From NCBI GenBank assembly GCA_020638995.1, contig JACKHM010000002.1, positions 902,902-966,901 of the forward strand: a DNA stretch of 64,000 nucleotides, read 5' to 3'. Positions 28,535 to 40,173 of the stretch are shown piece after piece. The position numbers and the translations under genes were made by a program. The DNA comes from Planctomycetaceae bacterium. GTDB lineage: Bacteria > Planctomycetota > Planctomycetia > Pirellulales > Pirellulaceae. Numbering within the stretch: the first letter of the stretch is position 1; every line of letters starts with the position of its first letter. The notes beneath the pieces are model-generated. The model saw only the letters and a list, made by a program, of their open reading frames with translations, was not told the origin of the DNA and did not search any database.

Positions 28535-30232
28535 TCGGCCCAGCGCGAACTCTAGAGCACCGTACAACGCATCTATATCGGCCCTCGTCGTGTAGAGGCC
28601 AAAGCTGGCACGAACCGTCGCACTGACACCCAACAAATCATGCAACGGCATCGTACAATGGTGCCCGTGCCGCACGAAAACTCCACGCCGATCGAGCAAC
28701 TGAGCAAGGTCTTCAGGATGTGCATCTTCGATCGTAAAGCTGACGATCGCTCCTTTATGTTCCGGCGCGGGGCCGTAAATCCGCAACCCCGAGAGTTCGG
28801 TCAGCTTTTGATGCGCATAAGTGAGCAACTCTTGTTCATGCGAGTGCAAAGCGTCGAAGCCGATGCCGGCGACATAATCGATTGCCGTGCCCAAAGCGAT
28901 CGCCTGCGCAATTTGTCCAGTGCCCGCCTCAAACTTTGCGGGCGTTGCAGCCCAGGTCGAGTGGTCGCGATAAACACGATCGATCATATGCCCGCCAAAC
29001 AGGATCGGATCGGTCTCCGCTAACAGATCTTGCTTGCCGTACAAGATACCAACGCCACTGGGGCCATAAAGTTTGTGAGCAGAGAACGCGAGGAAATCGA
29101 TGTCGGCGTCGATGACGTCGGTTTGCAAATGCGGAACGCTTTGGGCACCATCCACGACAATAATTGCACCGACGTCATGTGCCTTTCGCGCAAGTTCCTT
29201 CACCGGATTGATCGTGCCCAACACATTAGACATGCCGGTAACTGCGAGGATTTTCGTATTCTCCGTTAAGACTTCAGGCAGTCGATCAAGATCAAGGCGA
29301 CCATCTTCCGTCAACGGAATGAAACGACAGGCCGCACCGGTTTGCAGAGCGACTTGTTGCCAAGGCACAAAATTGGCGTGATGCTCCATCTCGTTCAAGA
29401 GAATCTCGTCACCCGGTTTCAGATGCCGCTTACCCCAGCCAAAGGCAACCAGATTCAGTGACATCGTCGAACCGGAAGTAAAAATCACTTCGTCGACACT
29501 CTCGGCATTGATCAATTCGGCGACTTTGTTTCTGGCAAGTTCGAGTTGTTCATCGACCAACGCGCCAAACTCGTAGACACCTCGATACGCGTTGGCGTAA
29601 AAGTTCTCATAGACTTCCCGCTCTTTGTCGATTACGCATTGGGGCTTCTGAGCCGATGATCCGCTATCCAAGTACGTCAAGACTTGGCCGCTGGACAATG
29701 TTTTATTGAAGATCGGAAAGTCACGGCGAGCCTCCATACCTGGCTTCTTCTTGGAGCTCGATAACGTCCTTTTGGGGCTTCGGTCAATTTGCGGAGTGTG
29801 CTCCAGCTTGAGCGCCTGCGCCGCGATCGAACGAATTCGCTGGTACATCGCGTTAAGGCCATTCTTTCGCTGGACCCCGATTTGCCGTTCGAGACCGATC
29901 TTCTCGAACACGCCGCGTACATCGATTTCCAGGATCTCGGATGCGGGCTTGCCCGACAGCAAAGCTCTTAGCAGGTAGATCATGGCGTTAACGATGCCAG
30001 CGTCGCTATTTGCCAGGAAGGTCACGATGGGATTCGCGTCATCGCTGGTCTCTGCGACCAGCCAGACCTGGGACTGGCAGCCGTGAACCTTGTTCGCTTC
30101 GATTCGTTGCTCCTCCGGCAACTCTGGCAGAGTCCTTCCCCACTCCTCAAGTTGTTGAATTCGCTCACGATCGTCGAGGTCTTCTAAGTCCTCAATGATT
30201 TCTTCGATGGTCAGTTCTGAAGACAGGGACAC
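28520..30232 (-). CDS. sufS: Fused SufE-like sulfur acceptor and SufS-type cysteine desulfurase
   Basis: The N-terminal ~140 aa are SufE-like, with the acceptor Cys in KVHGCQSQVWLV. A linker follows. The class-V aminotransferase part has the PLP Lys in FSAHKLYGPSG and the catalytic Cys in RHGHHCTMPL. The start is GTG. Confidence 0.9.
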   Translation of the reverse strand: MSLSSELTIEEIIEDLEDLDDRERIQQLEEWGRTLPELPEEQRIEANKVHGCQSQVWLVAETSDDANPIVTFLANSDAGIVNAMIYLLRALLSGKPASEILEIDVRGVFEKIGLERQIGVQRKNGLNAMYQRIRSIAAQALKLEHTPQIDRSPKRTLSSSKKKPGMEARRDFPIFNKTLSSGQVLTYLDSGSSAQKPQCVIDKEREVYENFYANAYRGVYEFGALVDEQLELARNKVAELINAESVDEVIFTSGSTMSLNLVAFGWGKRHLKPGDEILLNEMEHHANFVPWQQVALQTGAACRFIPLTEDGRLDLDRLPEVLTENTKILAVTGMSNVLGTINPVKELARKAHDVGAIIVVDGAQSVPHLQTDVIDADIDFLAFSAHKLYGPSGVGILYGKQDLLAETDPILFGGHMIDRVYRDHSTWAATPAKFEAGTGQIAQAIALGTAIDYVAGIGFDALHSHEQELLTYAHQKLTELSGLRIYGPAPEHKGAIVSFTIEDAHPEDLAQLLDRRGVFVRHGHHCTMPLHDLLGVSATVRASFGLYTTRADIDALYGALEFALGRLRLA

Positions 30233-30545
30233 CTGTGGCCTCTAGCGGTATGCGATCGCACGGTAGTTCTCGCTTATTCTAAGACTCGACGTGGATCTGT
30301 CCAAGTCGTGACCGTGGAGCTAGTTCTGACGTGTGGTCGCCGAGCAGGTGCGTTATCTCTTCGCACTGTGATGATAACCACCTGCCAAACTCACGTGGTC
30401 GCGAAAAGATCGTGGAACTTTTTCATTAGACAACGGTGTAGAAAATGGTTACTAACATACGTTTCTAGTCCCCGTAACAAATCAACAGCGATCGCACATC
30501 CAGCGATCTCCCCCTCTCCACCGCTTTGATAATAGGAGTACTCGC

Positions 30546-31685
30546 ATGCGTAAGGACATCACAGGTTGGCTCGCCTTCATGGCGGCAACTGCGATCACTT
30601 TCTCAATGATTGACACTAGCACGGCTACAGCACAACCACCGGGCCGCGGCCCTGGAGTAGCTGGCCCCGGCGGGCCATGGCGCGGCGGACCACCTAACCT
30701 CGGCGAGTTGTTCTCGCGGATGGATAAGAACAACGATGGCAAGCTGTCGAAAGACGAAGTTCCGGACCAGCTGTGGAACTTTCTGTCGCGAGCAGATGCC
30801 AATCACGATGGCGAAGTCACAAGGGATGAAGCCTCCCGAAAGATGTCAGACCGGCGTCCCGATGGTGTTCGAACTGAGCAGCGCCTGCCCGATTCATCCC
30901 CCAATGACCGCCCGCGCGGCGATCAGCCTCGAACGCAAGAGTCACGTCCTCCCATGCCACCGTCGCGCGGTGATTCTGCACGTGCAGCGGATCGCGGTCC
31001 ACGTGACGCTAGTCCCGAACGTGGCCGTCCCACCCCTCCGCGTCCGTCTCACGAACCAAGTCATCGACCAACTGACCGACCGGAGGTCACACGTCGCGGA
31101 CCTGGACCATTCGATCCAAACGCGTTCTTCGACCGCTTGGACAAAAACAACGATGGCAGCTTGAGCCGCGACGAATTCAAAGCCGTCGCTGAGTTGCATC
31201 GAAACTTCACCGTGCCACACGCACCTAAGGCATTCGGCGACAACCGCCCTCCCTTCGGTCCCCCGTGGGCTGGACATCGACCCGGCGATTCTCGCGGACC
31301 AAACGGATTCTCGGGCAGCCCTCCATCATCGCGATTGGGACAAGGCTCACACTTCGGCAACCCGCCCTTCGGCCCACCTTGGGCGCGACATCGACCACAT
31401 CGTGATAACGTACGGGCGCACGGTCACGGTTCGCATCGTTCACATGATGGTCATCACGGTCGATTCCATGGCAAGAAGAAGCATCGTGGTGACGCTGGTT
31501 CACGTGACAAGAAACCACACAACTCAAAACACGAAAAGAAGAAGTGTTCTGACTCTGACCGTCCCGATAAACGTGACCGAACGGACGCATCGACTCCACA
31601 ACCGAATGTTGAACTCACCTCAGCATCGCCCAGTGATGTCTCGGTAACTTCGGCGGCTCCAGCAACCGCGGCTTTACCGCTGTAG
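30546..31685 (+). CDS. Secreted EF-hand calcium-binding protein with a Pro/Arg/His-rich low-complexity body
   Basis: AGGAG lies 7 nt upstream of the ATG, and a signal peptide is present. There are three canonical 12-residue loops: DKNNDGKLSKDE, DANHDGEVTRDE and DKNNDGSLSRDE. PPFGPPWAxHRP is duplicated, and a His-rich stretch reads HGHGSHRSHDGHHGRFHG. Confidence 0.85.
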   Translation: MRKDITGWLAFMAATAITFSMIDTSTATAQPPGRGPGVAGPGGPWRGGPPNLGELFSRMDKNNDGKLSKDEVPDQLWNFLSRADANHDGEVTRDEASRKMSDRRPDGVRTEQRLPDSSPNDRPRGDQPRTQESRPPMPPSRGDSARAADRGPRDASPERGRPTPPRPSHEPSHRPTDRPEVTRRGPGPFDPNAFFDRLDKNNDGSLSRDEFKAVAELHRNFTVPHAPKAFGDNRPPFGPPWAGHRPGDSRGPNGFSGSPPSSRLGQGSHFGNPPFGPPWARHRPHRDNVRAHGHGSHRSHDGHHGRFHGKKKHRGDAGSRDKKPHNSKHEKKKCSDSDRPDKRDRTDASTPQPNVELTSASPSDVSVTSAAPATAALPL

Positions 31686-31710
31686 TCATTAGCTCGACTT
31701 TGCGATTGTC

Positions 31711-31760
31711 CGGTCGTCGAACGAGGTTTGCGCATCGTTCGACGACCGTTTGCTTTCTTG
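31711..31760 (+). terminator. Rho-independent terminator after the EF-hand gene
   Basis: A perfect 14-bp stem (cggtcgtcgaacga / tcgttcgacgaccg) has a 10-nt loop and is followed by tttgctttctt. It sits between convergent genes. Confidence 0.7.
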
Positions 31761-31779
31761 ATGTAACCGCAGAGAACTC

Positions 31780-33663
31780 CTACTCCGGAACCCGTGCAAG
31801 GATTTCAAGTATTCGAGGCTCGCGCTGCTGTAGCCACCTTCCCTGCCACTCCAGTACAACGAGATAGAACCAGACTACTAGCACTGCCTCAACCAGAGAT
31901 ATCAGCAAATAGATAGGGACTCCGTTCACATCTGTGACAAAGGCAAACAATAGTTCGATGCCTAGCGCACTTGTCGCTGGTAGCAATGCGATTGGAAATG
32001 CCATCATCACGAACATCTGCACTAGGAAGAGCTTGAAATTTGGACTTGCTGGTTTCAAAGTTCCATTCGCCACGGGCATGGGAGCGAGAATCGAAGATGT
32101 ATTACCGAGCAGACAAACGAGTAAGTAGGCTGGAACCAGTTGCACCAACGTCGCAAGCAGATGGGTAACTCGCATCTCCAGGAACAACTGCAGGACGCCA
32201 AACAGTAGGACCGTGATGCATCCGGCGACGGGTACGATTGCGAGGTTCTTGCCGAGCAACACGTCGCGACGAGTAACCGGCAAAAGCACAAATGCACGGA
32301 AAGCGCCGCGATCCATCCCAAATATATTGGACATCAACTGAGCTAGTCCGAACAACATCACTCCAATGATGCCAATCGCGATGAATGGCGGCACCATTGT
32401 CAACTCTGGCCGGCGCAACTCCCGCCCCGGTCCCAGAATTGTTACGCCGCCGAAGAGCCCCACCATGATCAAGGGTGTCAGCAACGCCATCTTCGACTCT
32501 GGTGCCCGCAAGATCGACCGAAAACTCGCCAACGCTACGGCACTAACCGGCTCGGTGACGAGTGGAATCTTTGTTTCCAGGCTGTTACTCAGCTGCGCTG
32601 GCTCGTCGTTGTCGGCCCTCGCCTTTGTCGCAGCACGCTTTGGTCCCGCACGCGTGCCCGTGTAAAAACGCATGGTCGAAGCGTAGCATCGCCACAAGCT
32701 CAATCCGCCGACACCAAACATCACGATCGAAGCGAGCATGCCGGGCCAGATGCTTCCCATCGCGGCAGCGCGTACGCCGTACGGCAGCCAACCGAACGGT
32801 ACGAATTTGTTCGTCAGTAAAGCAGTATCGACAAACCCTCGGTACAGAGCCGAATTCGTCTGAGCTCTACCCGACTTGTGACGTCCATCGATCTCTTTCA
32901 ATCGACGCTCGTTCTCGGCGACATCAATTTCTCCAGCTTGCAACTGACGCATTAGCTCACGCACTTCTTCCTGATACTTCTGAGCATGCTGCTTCTGGCC
33001 TTCGCTACGACTCCGCATAAAAGCGATGTTGACGAACTGTGGCGTCTGGACTGCCAAGATAAAGAGCATCGTTATCGCGACGAGAATCGACTTGCGGCGC
33101 CGTTTATTTTCCATCAATGTTGCCAGCCATCCGCGAAGCTGATAGGTGAGCGCCGTCACCATCAAAAGAAACGAGATTAGTAATGGCAAGATCACAATCA
33201 TCTGGGGGCCCAACGCTAAGATGAACGCCAGCGCAAGTCCCAGCATGCCCGGTACGAAGACGATGATCGGCAAACTCAGTAACGAACTCGCGTAGTTCAA
33301 AAAGAACACACCCGACAGCGATAGCGGCAAATGCAACAGCCGGTCCAGAGAAAGCAACTCGGAACGCTGCAGCTCCGTCATCAGTCCGATCCCCCACACA
33401 AGGAGAAACACGGCCAAGACGGCATCCCACGTCAGCATCAGCACGTCCGGACTGAACTCTTTTGCCCTTAATACAACGGTCCCGCTAATCAGCGCGGCGA
33501 AGAACAAAACGACAGATGCGACAATTGCACAAACGACAAAGAGCGTCGTAAGGACTGCATTTAATGTTCCCGACCCTCGCCATTGGTTGCTGCTAATTCG
33601 CCAACGCAGCCAAAGGATCGTTCGCAGGTGCTCAAGACTCACGAGGCAACTCCTCGGAGTCAT
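31780..33663 (-). CDS. Polytopic ABC-exporter permease-like membrane protein
   Basis: There are many hydrophobic helices in two blocks, separated by a charged coiled-coil-like loop (QKQHAQKYQEEVRELMRQLQAGEIDVAENERRLKEID). The gene overlaps the 3' end of the upstream ABC ATPase. Candidate starts are TTG 33684, ATG 33663 and GTG 33642. Confidence 0.7.
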   Translation of the reverse strand: MTPRSCLVSLEHLRTILWLRWRISSNQWRGSGTLNAVLTTLFVVCAIVASVVLFFAALISGTVVLRAKEFSPDVLMLTWDAVLAVFLLVWGIGLMTELQRSELLSLDRLLHLPLSLSGVFFLNYASSLLSLPIIVFVPGMLGLALAFILALGPQMIVILPLLISFLLMVTALTYQLRGWLATLMENKRRRKSILVAITMLFILAVQTPQFVNIAFMRSRSEGQKQHAQKYQEEVRELMRQLQAGEIDVAENERRLKEIDGRHKSGRAQTNSALYRGFVDTALLTNKFVPFGWLPYGVRAAAMGSIWPGMLASIVMFGVGGLSLWRCYASTMRFYTGTRAGPKRAATKARADNDEPAQLSNSLETKIPLVTEPVSAVALASFRSILRAPESKMALLTPLIMVGLFGGVTILGPGRELRRPELTMVPPFIAIGIIGVMLFGLAQLMSNIFGMDRGAFRAFVLLPVTRRDVLLGKNLAIVPVAGCITVLLFGVLQLFLEMRVTHLLATLVQLVPAYLLVCLLGNTSSILAPMPVANGTLKPASPNFKLFLVQMFVMMAFPIALLPATSALGIELLFAFVTDVNGVPIYLLISLVEAVLVVWFYLVVLEWQGRWLQQREPRILEILARVPE

Positions 33664-34465
33664 GAGCTTCCTCGTCAGGCTCAATTAGCGCATTTGACGT
33701 TGAACCTCCGGCGAGCCAACTCAAGTTCGGCTTCTTATCCTCCGGCGTACCGACTTTTTCCAGGAACACCTGTTCGAGTGAACTACCTCGGCGAAGGTCG
33801 TCTAAAGAACATTGTTCCACCAGCTTGCCGCTCGCAATGATGCCGACATGCGTGCAGATCCGTTCGACGATCTCCAACACATGCGAAGTGACGAACACAG
33901 TCGATCCGCGAGACACAAAACTAGCCAACAAGTCACGGATCACGCGCGAGGTAACCGCATCAACACCCTCGAACGGTTCGTCAAGGAACAGCAAATCCGG
34001 ATTGGGTAATAGAGCGCCTGCGAGCGCTAACTTCTTCTTCATGCCATGCGAATACTCCAGCGTCAGCTTCTTGTCGACGCCTTCCAAACGCAGTAATGAC
34101 AGCAACTCCTCCGATCGGCTGCGAATAGTGTCTCGGGGCAGCAGGTGCATGCGACCCACAAACGTCAAGTACTCCCGAGCGGTCAAGTTGTCGAACAGGG
34201 CCAAATCCTCGGGGACTACTCCAATCTGCTTCTTAACTGCGATTGCTTCATCCGGATTCCATGGATTGAGCCCCAGCAACGAGACCTGCCCCGATGAAGG
34301 AGCAAGAATCCCGGTAAGCATTTTAATGGTAGTCGACTTGCCTGCGCCGTTAGGTCCCAAAAATCCATACAACGTACCTCGCGAGACTTGCAGATTCACT
34401 TCTTTAACCGCACCGAAGTCGTCAAAGAACCGCGTCAGCATCTTGGTCTCGATTGCAAAGCTCAT
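33632..34465 (-). CDS. ABC transporter ATP-binding protein
   Basis: ATG 34465 gives MSFAIETKMLTRFF. Walker A is GPNGAGKST, the signature variant is YSHGMKKKLALA, Walker B is LLFLDEPFEGVD, and the H-loop is TSHVLE. Confidence 0.9.
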   Translation of the reverse strand: MSFAIETKMLTRFFDDFGAVKEVNLQVSRGTLYGFLGPNGAGKSTTIKMLTGILAPSSGQVSLLGLNPWNPDEAIAVKKQIGVVPEDLALFDNLTAREYLTFVGRMHLLPRDTIRSRSEELLSLLRLEGVDKKLTLEYSHGMKKKLALAGALLPNPDLLFLDEPFEGVDAVTSRVIRDLLASFVSRGSTVFVTSHVLEIVERICTHVGIIASGKLVEQCSLDDLRRGSSLEQVFLEKVGTPEDKKPNLSWLAGGSTSNALIEPDEEAHDSEELPRES

Positions 34466-34810
34466 TGGCAACCCGTCTTTGAGAATGCGTCGCGTATGGG
34501 GCGAAAACCCAAAATCATAACTCCGCCTTGGTGTTCGTCCTACCATGGTTGAGCTTGGAAATTGACGCATCCTCGCGATGTAACGAGACCAATAATTTAC
34601 TGTGCGCACGACCGCGTCTCGACTCGACAACCGACTTTGCTTTACCGCCAACAAGCGAAGGACTATAGTAAGAGGCACAAGAGCAACCCCTTCCTCAGAC
34701 TTATAAGTTCCCGCCACCAAATCGCTGAGGCATCCCACGCTGTTGCGACCGTGATGTTCGCGTTTCGTGAATTAGTGACTTGGGTTATCTCACCGCACGA
34801 TCGTGGAGAC

Positions 34811-37800
34811 ATGTGCATGCGATTTCTACCGTTTTCTTTGCTGCTGCTGATGACCGCACCTCTTGAGGCAGTAGCTCAAGAGTCCACGGCGGTCGCTGAT
34901 TTCGATGAGGCTGCCATCGAGTTTTTCGAGAAAGCCGTTCGTCCACTGTTGGCGAAACGCTGTTACGAGTGCCATAGCTCAGAATCGGATGAGCCGGCGG
35001 GCGGATTACGGCTCGACTCGCGTCAGGCGCTGATCGCGGGTGGTGACACGGGACCAGCCATCGTGCCAAACAAGCCCGCCGACAGTTTGTTGGTGGATGC
35101 GATCAACTACGGCGAGGTCTATGAGATGCCGCCAAAGTCAAAGATGCCCCCGTCCGAAATTGCGGTTCTGGAAAAGTGGATTGAGATGGGAGCGCCATGG
35201 CCGAAGGAAGAAGTTGCGGCGACGCAATCTTCGAAGGTCTTCGATATTTCGGCGCGAAAGGCCGAACATTGGTGTTGGCAACCGGTTCGCGATCCGACAC
35301 CGCCACCGGTGCGAACTCGTGACTGGCCGAAGCAGCCCCTCGACAACTTCATACTAGCAAAGCTCGAAGATGCAGGTATTACGCCTGCCGGTACGACCGA
35401 CAGACGCACGCTCATCCGGCGAGCGTACTTCGATCTGATCGGCCTTCCGCCATCTCCCGCGGAAGTAGATGCTTTTCTGAGCGATGAATCGGAAGATGCA
35501 TTCGAGAGAGTCATTGACGGATTGCTCGATTCGCCTCACTTTGGCGAACGCTGGGCTAGGCACTGGATGGACTTGATGCGCTACGCCGAGACCTACGGGC
35601 ACGAGTTCGATTACCCCATTCCCCACGCTTTTAAATATCGCGACTATTTGATTCGTGCGTTCAATGACGATGTCCCTTACGATCGCTTTGTGATGGAGCA
35701 TATCGCAGGCGATCTGCTTCCCTCGCCTCGGCTGCATGATACTGAAGGCTACGACGAGTCAGTCACGGCTACTACTTCGTGGTGGCTCGGCGAGGCGACG
35801 CACGCTCCAGTCGATGTCTTGGGGGACGAGTCGGGCCGGATCGACAATCAAATCGACGTATTCAGCAAAACGTTCTTAGGATTAACGGTTGCGTGCGCAC
35901 GCTGCCACGACCACAAGTTTGATGCCATTTCGACGACCGATTATTACGCTCTAGCCGGATTCTTGCAGAGCTCGCGTCGCGACGAGGCTTTACTCGATCC
36001 CCACGGCCAAGTTGCCGCTGCGGCATCGCGATTAAACTCGCTTAAACAAGAGGGCGACGCCGTTGTCATGCAGGCGTACGCCAACGGCGACGCGTCTGCC
36101 GAGCGTTTCGCCCAATACTTGCTTGCTGCGCGCGAGGTTGCGTTTGGTAAGCCGAAAGAGACGACGTCGCCATCAGAAGAAGATCGAGATCTGGTCTTTG
36201 AAGACTTCGAATCGGAAACGTACGAGGGTTGGACTACAGAAGGAACGGCGTTCGGAGCCGGCCCCCAAAGTCGGGCGACGACTCCGGGTTATCAAGGTGA
36301 CATCGGAGCCGTGGGAAATCACTGGGTCAATTCGCACAACACAAGAGGCGAGGCCAACGTGGCGCGAGGCGACCAGCATGTTGGGACTTTGACGAGTCGA
36401 GACTTTGTAATTGATCGGCATTTCATCAAATTTCTCATCGGCGGCGGCAATCACAAGGATAAGACCTGCGTCAATCTATTGGTTGGCGGACAGATCGTTC
36501 GCTCGCAGACCGGCTTTAACCAAAACAAAATGCGTCCCGTCCAATTTGATGTGGGCGAATTTCTAGGCAAGCAAGCCAAAATCCAAGTCGTCGATCAGGA
36601 GACCGGGGGATGGGGCAATATCGGTATTGACGAAATTGTTTTTAGCAATGGCAACGCGGTCCATCGTCGTCCAGTCGACGAAGTCGCAACCGAATTCAGC
36701 GTCGACCCAGTGCGGCTCGCTCGTTGGGTCACGGCGCTTTCAAGTGCTGAAGCCCAGGAACCTTCGCACCCGCTCTACGTCTGGTGCCAACTCGCTGAAT
36801 CGATGACTGCTCAGAAGACAGCTGCCTTGCGAGCGCTCGCCGAACGGAGGGCCGAGTCGTCCAGAGCGTTGGACGAGCGTTATCCGTTGTTCACCGGATT
36901 CGACAACTTAGACGGTTGGTTCGTGACCGGACACGCCTTCGGAGCGGGGCCAACACAACAAGGCGAATGGGACGCCAGCCGCCCCAACCCGACGCGGTTG
37001 CGTCCTGGTGAAGCCAGCAGCAACCGGATCGAAAATCGGCTGCAAGGAACCTTGCGGTCGCCTACGTTTACGCTCGAACATCCAAATATCTACTATCGTC
37101 TCAAGGGAGAAGGCGTGAAGATTCGTCTCGTCCTCGACGGATACTTCATGGACACGTTCAGCGGACTCCTGTTTCGAGGATTCACGTTCGAGGTCAAATC
37201 TCCTGACAGACTTACTTGGTATCGTCAATCCGACGATGTCGGGCGGTATATCGGACATCGCGGCTACATCGAGATCCTTGACTACGGGGACGGGGCGGTC
37301 GAGATCGACGAAATCCGCTTCTCGGACGATGGCCCGCCGTCAGAACCGATCGATTCGGTCGCCGCAAAAATACTGGCCGACGATGTCATCACGATCGAGG
37401 AATTGGCAAACGCGTATGGCGCCGCCTGGTGCCTTGCAACGTCTGCCGACACAACATCCGACGAGAACGACTCGCCCCGCGCTAGTGACCTCGTAACGCT
37501 TTGGAACTGGGTGGCAAGCAACGATTTGCTGCCCACCAACGCAGAGGTCGCGGAACGACTCGTCACGGCACATACGACGATGCAAAAGGTCGACGTGCCA
37601 TCCGCCGGTCGTGTGCTCGGGTTAACCGACGGAACCGGAGAGAACGGGCACATTTATGTCCGAGGCAATCACCGGACGCCTGGAAAAGAGGTAACGCGAA
37701 CGATGTTGGAAGCACTGCGTTCCAGGCCAGTTGAAATCACTAGCGGCAGCGGTCGCTTGCAGTTAGCTGAGCAGATCGTTGCCCCCGAGAATCCGCTGAC

Positions 37801-38629
37801 GGCTCGGGTGATGGTCAATCGAATCTGGCATCACCTTACCGGTCGTGGCATCGTTGCTTCAACGGATAACTTCGGAGTTCTCGGACAGCCGCCAACTCAT
37901 CCTGACTTGTTGGATCATTTGGCTTCCGGATTTATTCGGGATGGCTGGTCGATCAAGCGATTGATCAAGCAGATTATGTTAAGTACTACTTATCAAATGG
38001 CAAGTACGCCGGACGAAGCAGGAGACACTCGCGATCCAGAAAACCTGCTGTTGCATCGAGCCCGAATTCGCCGGCTACAGGCCGAGGCGATCCGAGATTC
38101 AGTCCTCGCAATTTCCGGCCGCCTCGATCGTACGATGTTTGGGCCGAGTGTTCCTGTTCACATCACACCGTTTATGCAAGGGCGAGGGCGGCCCGGAAAC
38201 GCCGGACCTCTCGACGGCAATGGCCGTAGGAGTCTGTACATCGAAGTTCGCAGGAATTTTCTGTCGCCGATGATGCTCGCATTCGACACTCCGATCCCAT
38301 TTAGCGCGGTGGGAAACCGCAATGCCTCAAATGTACCGGCACAAGCTCTGACCATGATGAACGATCCATTCGTCGTCGAACAAGCAAAGCTGTGGGCGGA
38401 CCGTGTCATAGCCGCAGAAACGACAACCGAATCCCGAATCAACGCAATGTACGTGGACGCATTCGCTCGCCCGCCAAGCCAGAGGGAAACCGACGAAGCG
38501 ACCGAGTTCCTTCGGCAGCAGAGTGGGTCACTTGGCTTAACGGAAGTTGCTGCGAACTACGACGAACGAGCCTGGGCGGATCTGTGCCATGTGCTGATCA
38601 ATGTTAAAGAGTTTGTATTCCTGAAGTAG
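34811..38629 (+). CDS. PSCyt1/DUF1549 (PSCyt2)/DUF1553 (PSD1) planctomycete cytochrome-c-domain protein with two inserted jelly-roll-like modules
   Basis: The start is ATG 34811 or 34817, with GGAG upstream, and a signal peptide is present. The CxxCH motif is in KRCYECHS. The DUF1549-like region is DNFILAKLEDAGITPA...YFDLIGLPPSPAEVDAF. The DUF1553-like region is NPLTARVMVNRIWHHLTGRGIV. Confidence 0.9.
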   Translation: MCMRFLPFSLLLLMTAPLEAVAQESTAVADFDEAAIEFFEKAVRPLLAKRCYECHSSESDEPAGGLRLDSRQALIAGGDTGPAIVPNKPADSLLVDAINYGEVYEMPPKSKMPPSEIAVLEKWIEMGAPWPKEEVAATQSSKVFDISARKAEHWCWQPVRDPTPPPVRTRDWPKQPLDNFILAKLEDAGITPAGTTDRRTLIRRAYFDLIGLPPSPAEVDAFLSDESEDAFERVIDGLLDSPHFGERWARHWMDLMRYAETYGHEFDYPIPHAFKYRDYLIRAFNDDVPYDRFVMEHIAGDLLPSPRLHDTEGYDESVTATTSWWLGEATHAPVDVLGDESGRIDNQIDVFSKTFLGLTVACARCHDHKFDAISTTDYYALAGFLQSSRRDEALLDPHGQVAAAASRLNSLKQEGDAVVMQAYANGDASAERFAQYLLAAREVAFGKPKETTSPSEEDRDLVFEDFESETYEGWTTEGTAFGAGPQSRATTPGYQGDIGAVGNHWVNSHNTRGEANVARGDQHVGTLTSRDFVIDRHFIKFLIGGGNHKDKTCVNLLVGGQIVRSQTGFNQNKMRPVQFDVGEFLGKQAKIQVVDQETGGWGNIGIDEIVFSNGNAVHRRPVDEVATEFSVDPVRLARWVTALSSAEAQEPSHPLYVWCQLAESMTAQKTAALRALAERRAESSRALDERYPLFTGFDNLDGWFVTGHAFGAGPTQQGEWDASRPNPTRLRPGEASSNRIENRLQGTLRSPTFTLEHPNIYYRLKGEGVKIRLVLDGYFMDTFSGLLFRGFTFEVKSPDRLTWYRQSDDVGRYIGHRGYIEILDYGDGAVEIDEIRFSDDGPPSEPIDSVAAKILADDVITIEELANAYGAAWCLATSADTTSDENDSPRASDLVTLWNWVASNDLLPTNAEVAERLVTAHTTMQKVDVPSAGRVLGLTDGTGENGHIYVRGNHRTPGKEVTRTMLEALRSRPVEITSGSGRLQLAEQIVAPENPLTARVMVNRIWHHLTGRGIVASTDNFGVLGQPPTHPDLLDHLASGFIRDGWSIKRLIKQIMLSTTYQMASTPDEAGDTRDPENLLLHRARIRRLQAEAIRDSVLAISGRLDRTMFGPSVPVHITPFMQGRGRPGNAGPLDGNGRRSLYIEVRRNFLSPMMLAFDTPIPFSAVGNRNASNVPAQALTMMNDPFVVEQAKLWADRVIAAETTTESRINAMYVDAFARPPSQRETDEATEFLRQQSGSLGLTEVAANYDERAWADLCHVLINVKEFVFLK

Positions 38630-38727
38630 GTCGGAAGCCTCATCCATCTCGCCGCTCGCCGACTGAGGCAAGAGGAATTGGCCTTTGAAAGAGCGCGGCG
38701 TCGCCGCTCGACAAGGATCGCTGATAC

Positions 38728-40173
<1,446 letters not shown>

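Noticed and set aside
33825-34520. A 231-aa plus-strand ORF
   Set aside because: It is antisense to the ABC ATPase, whose Walker A/B, signature and H-loop are all intact. The Ser/Arg-rich composition is typical of shadow frames.
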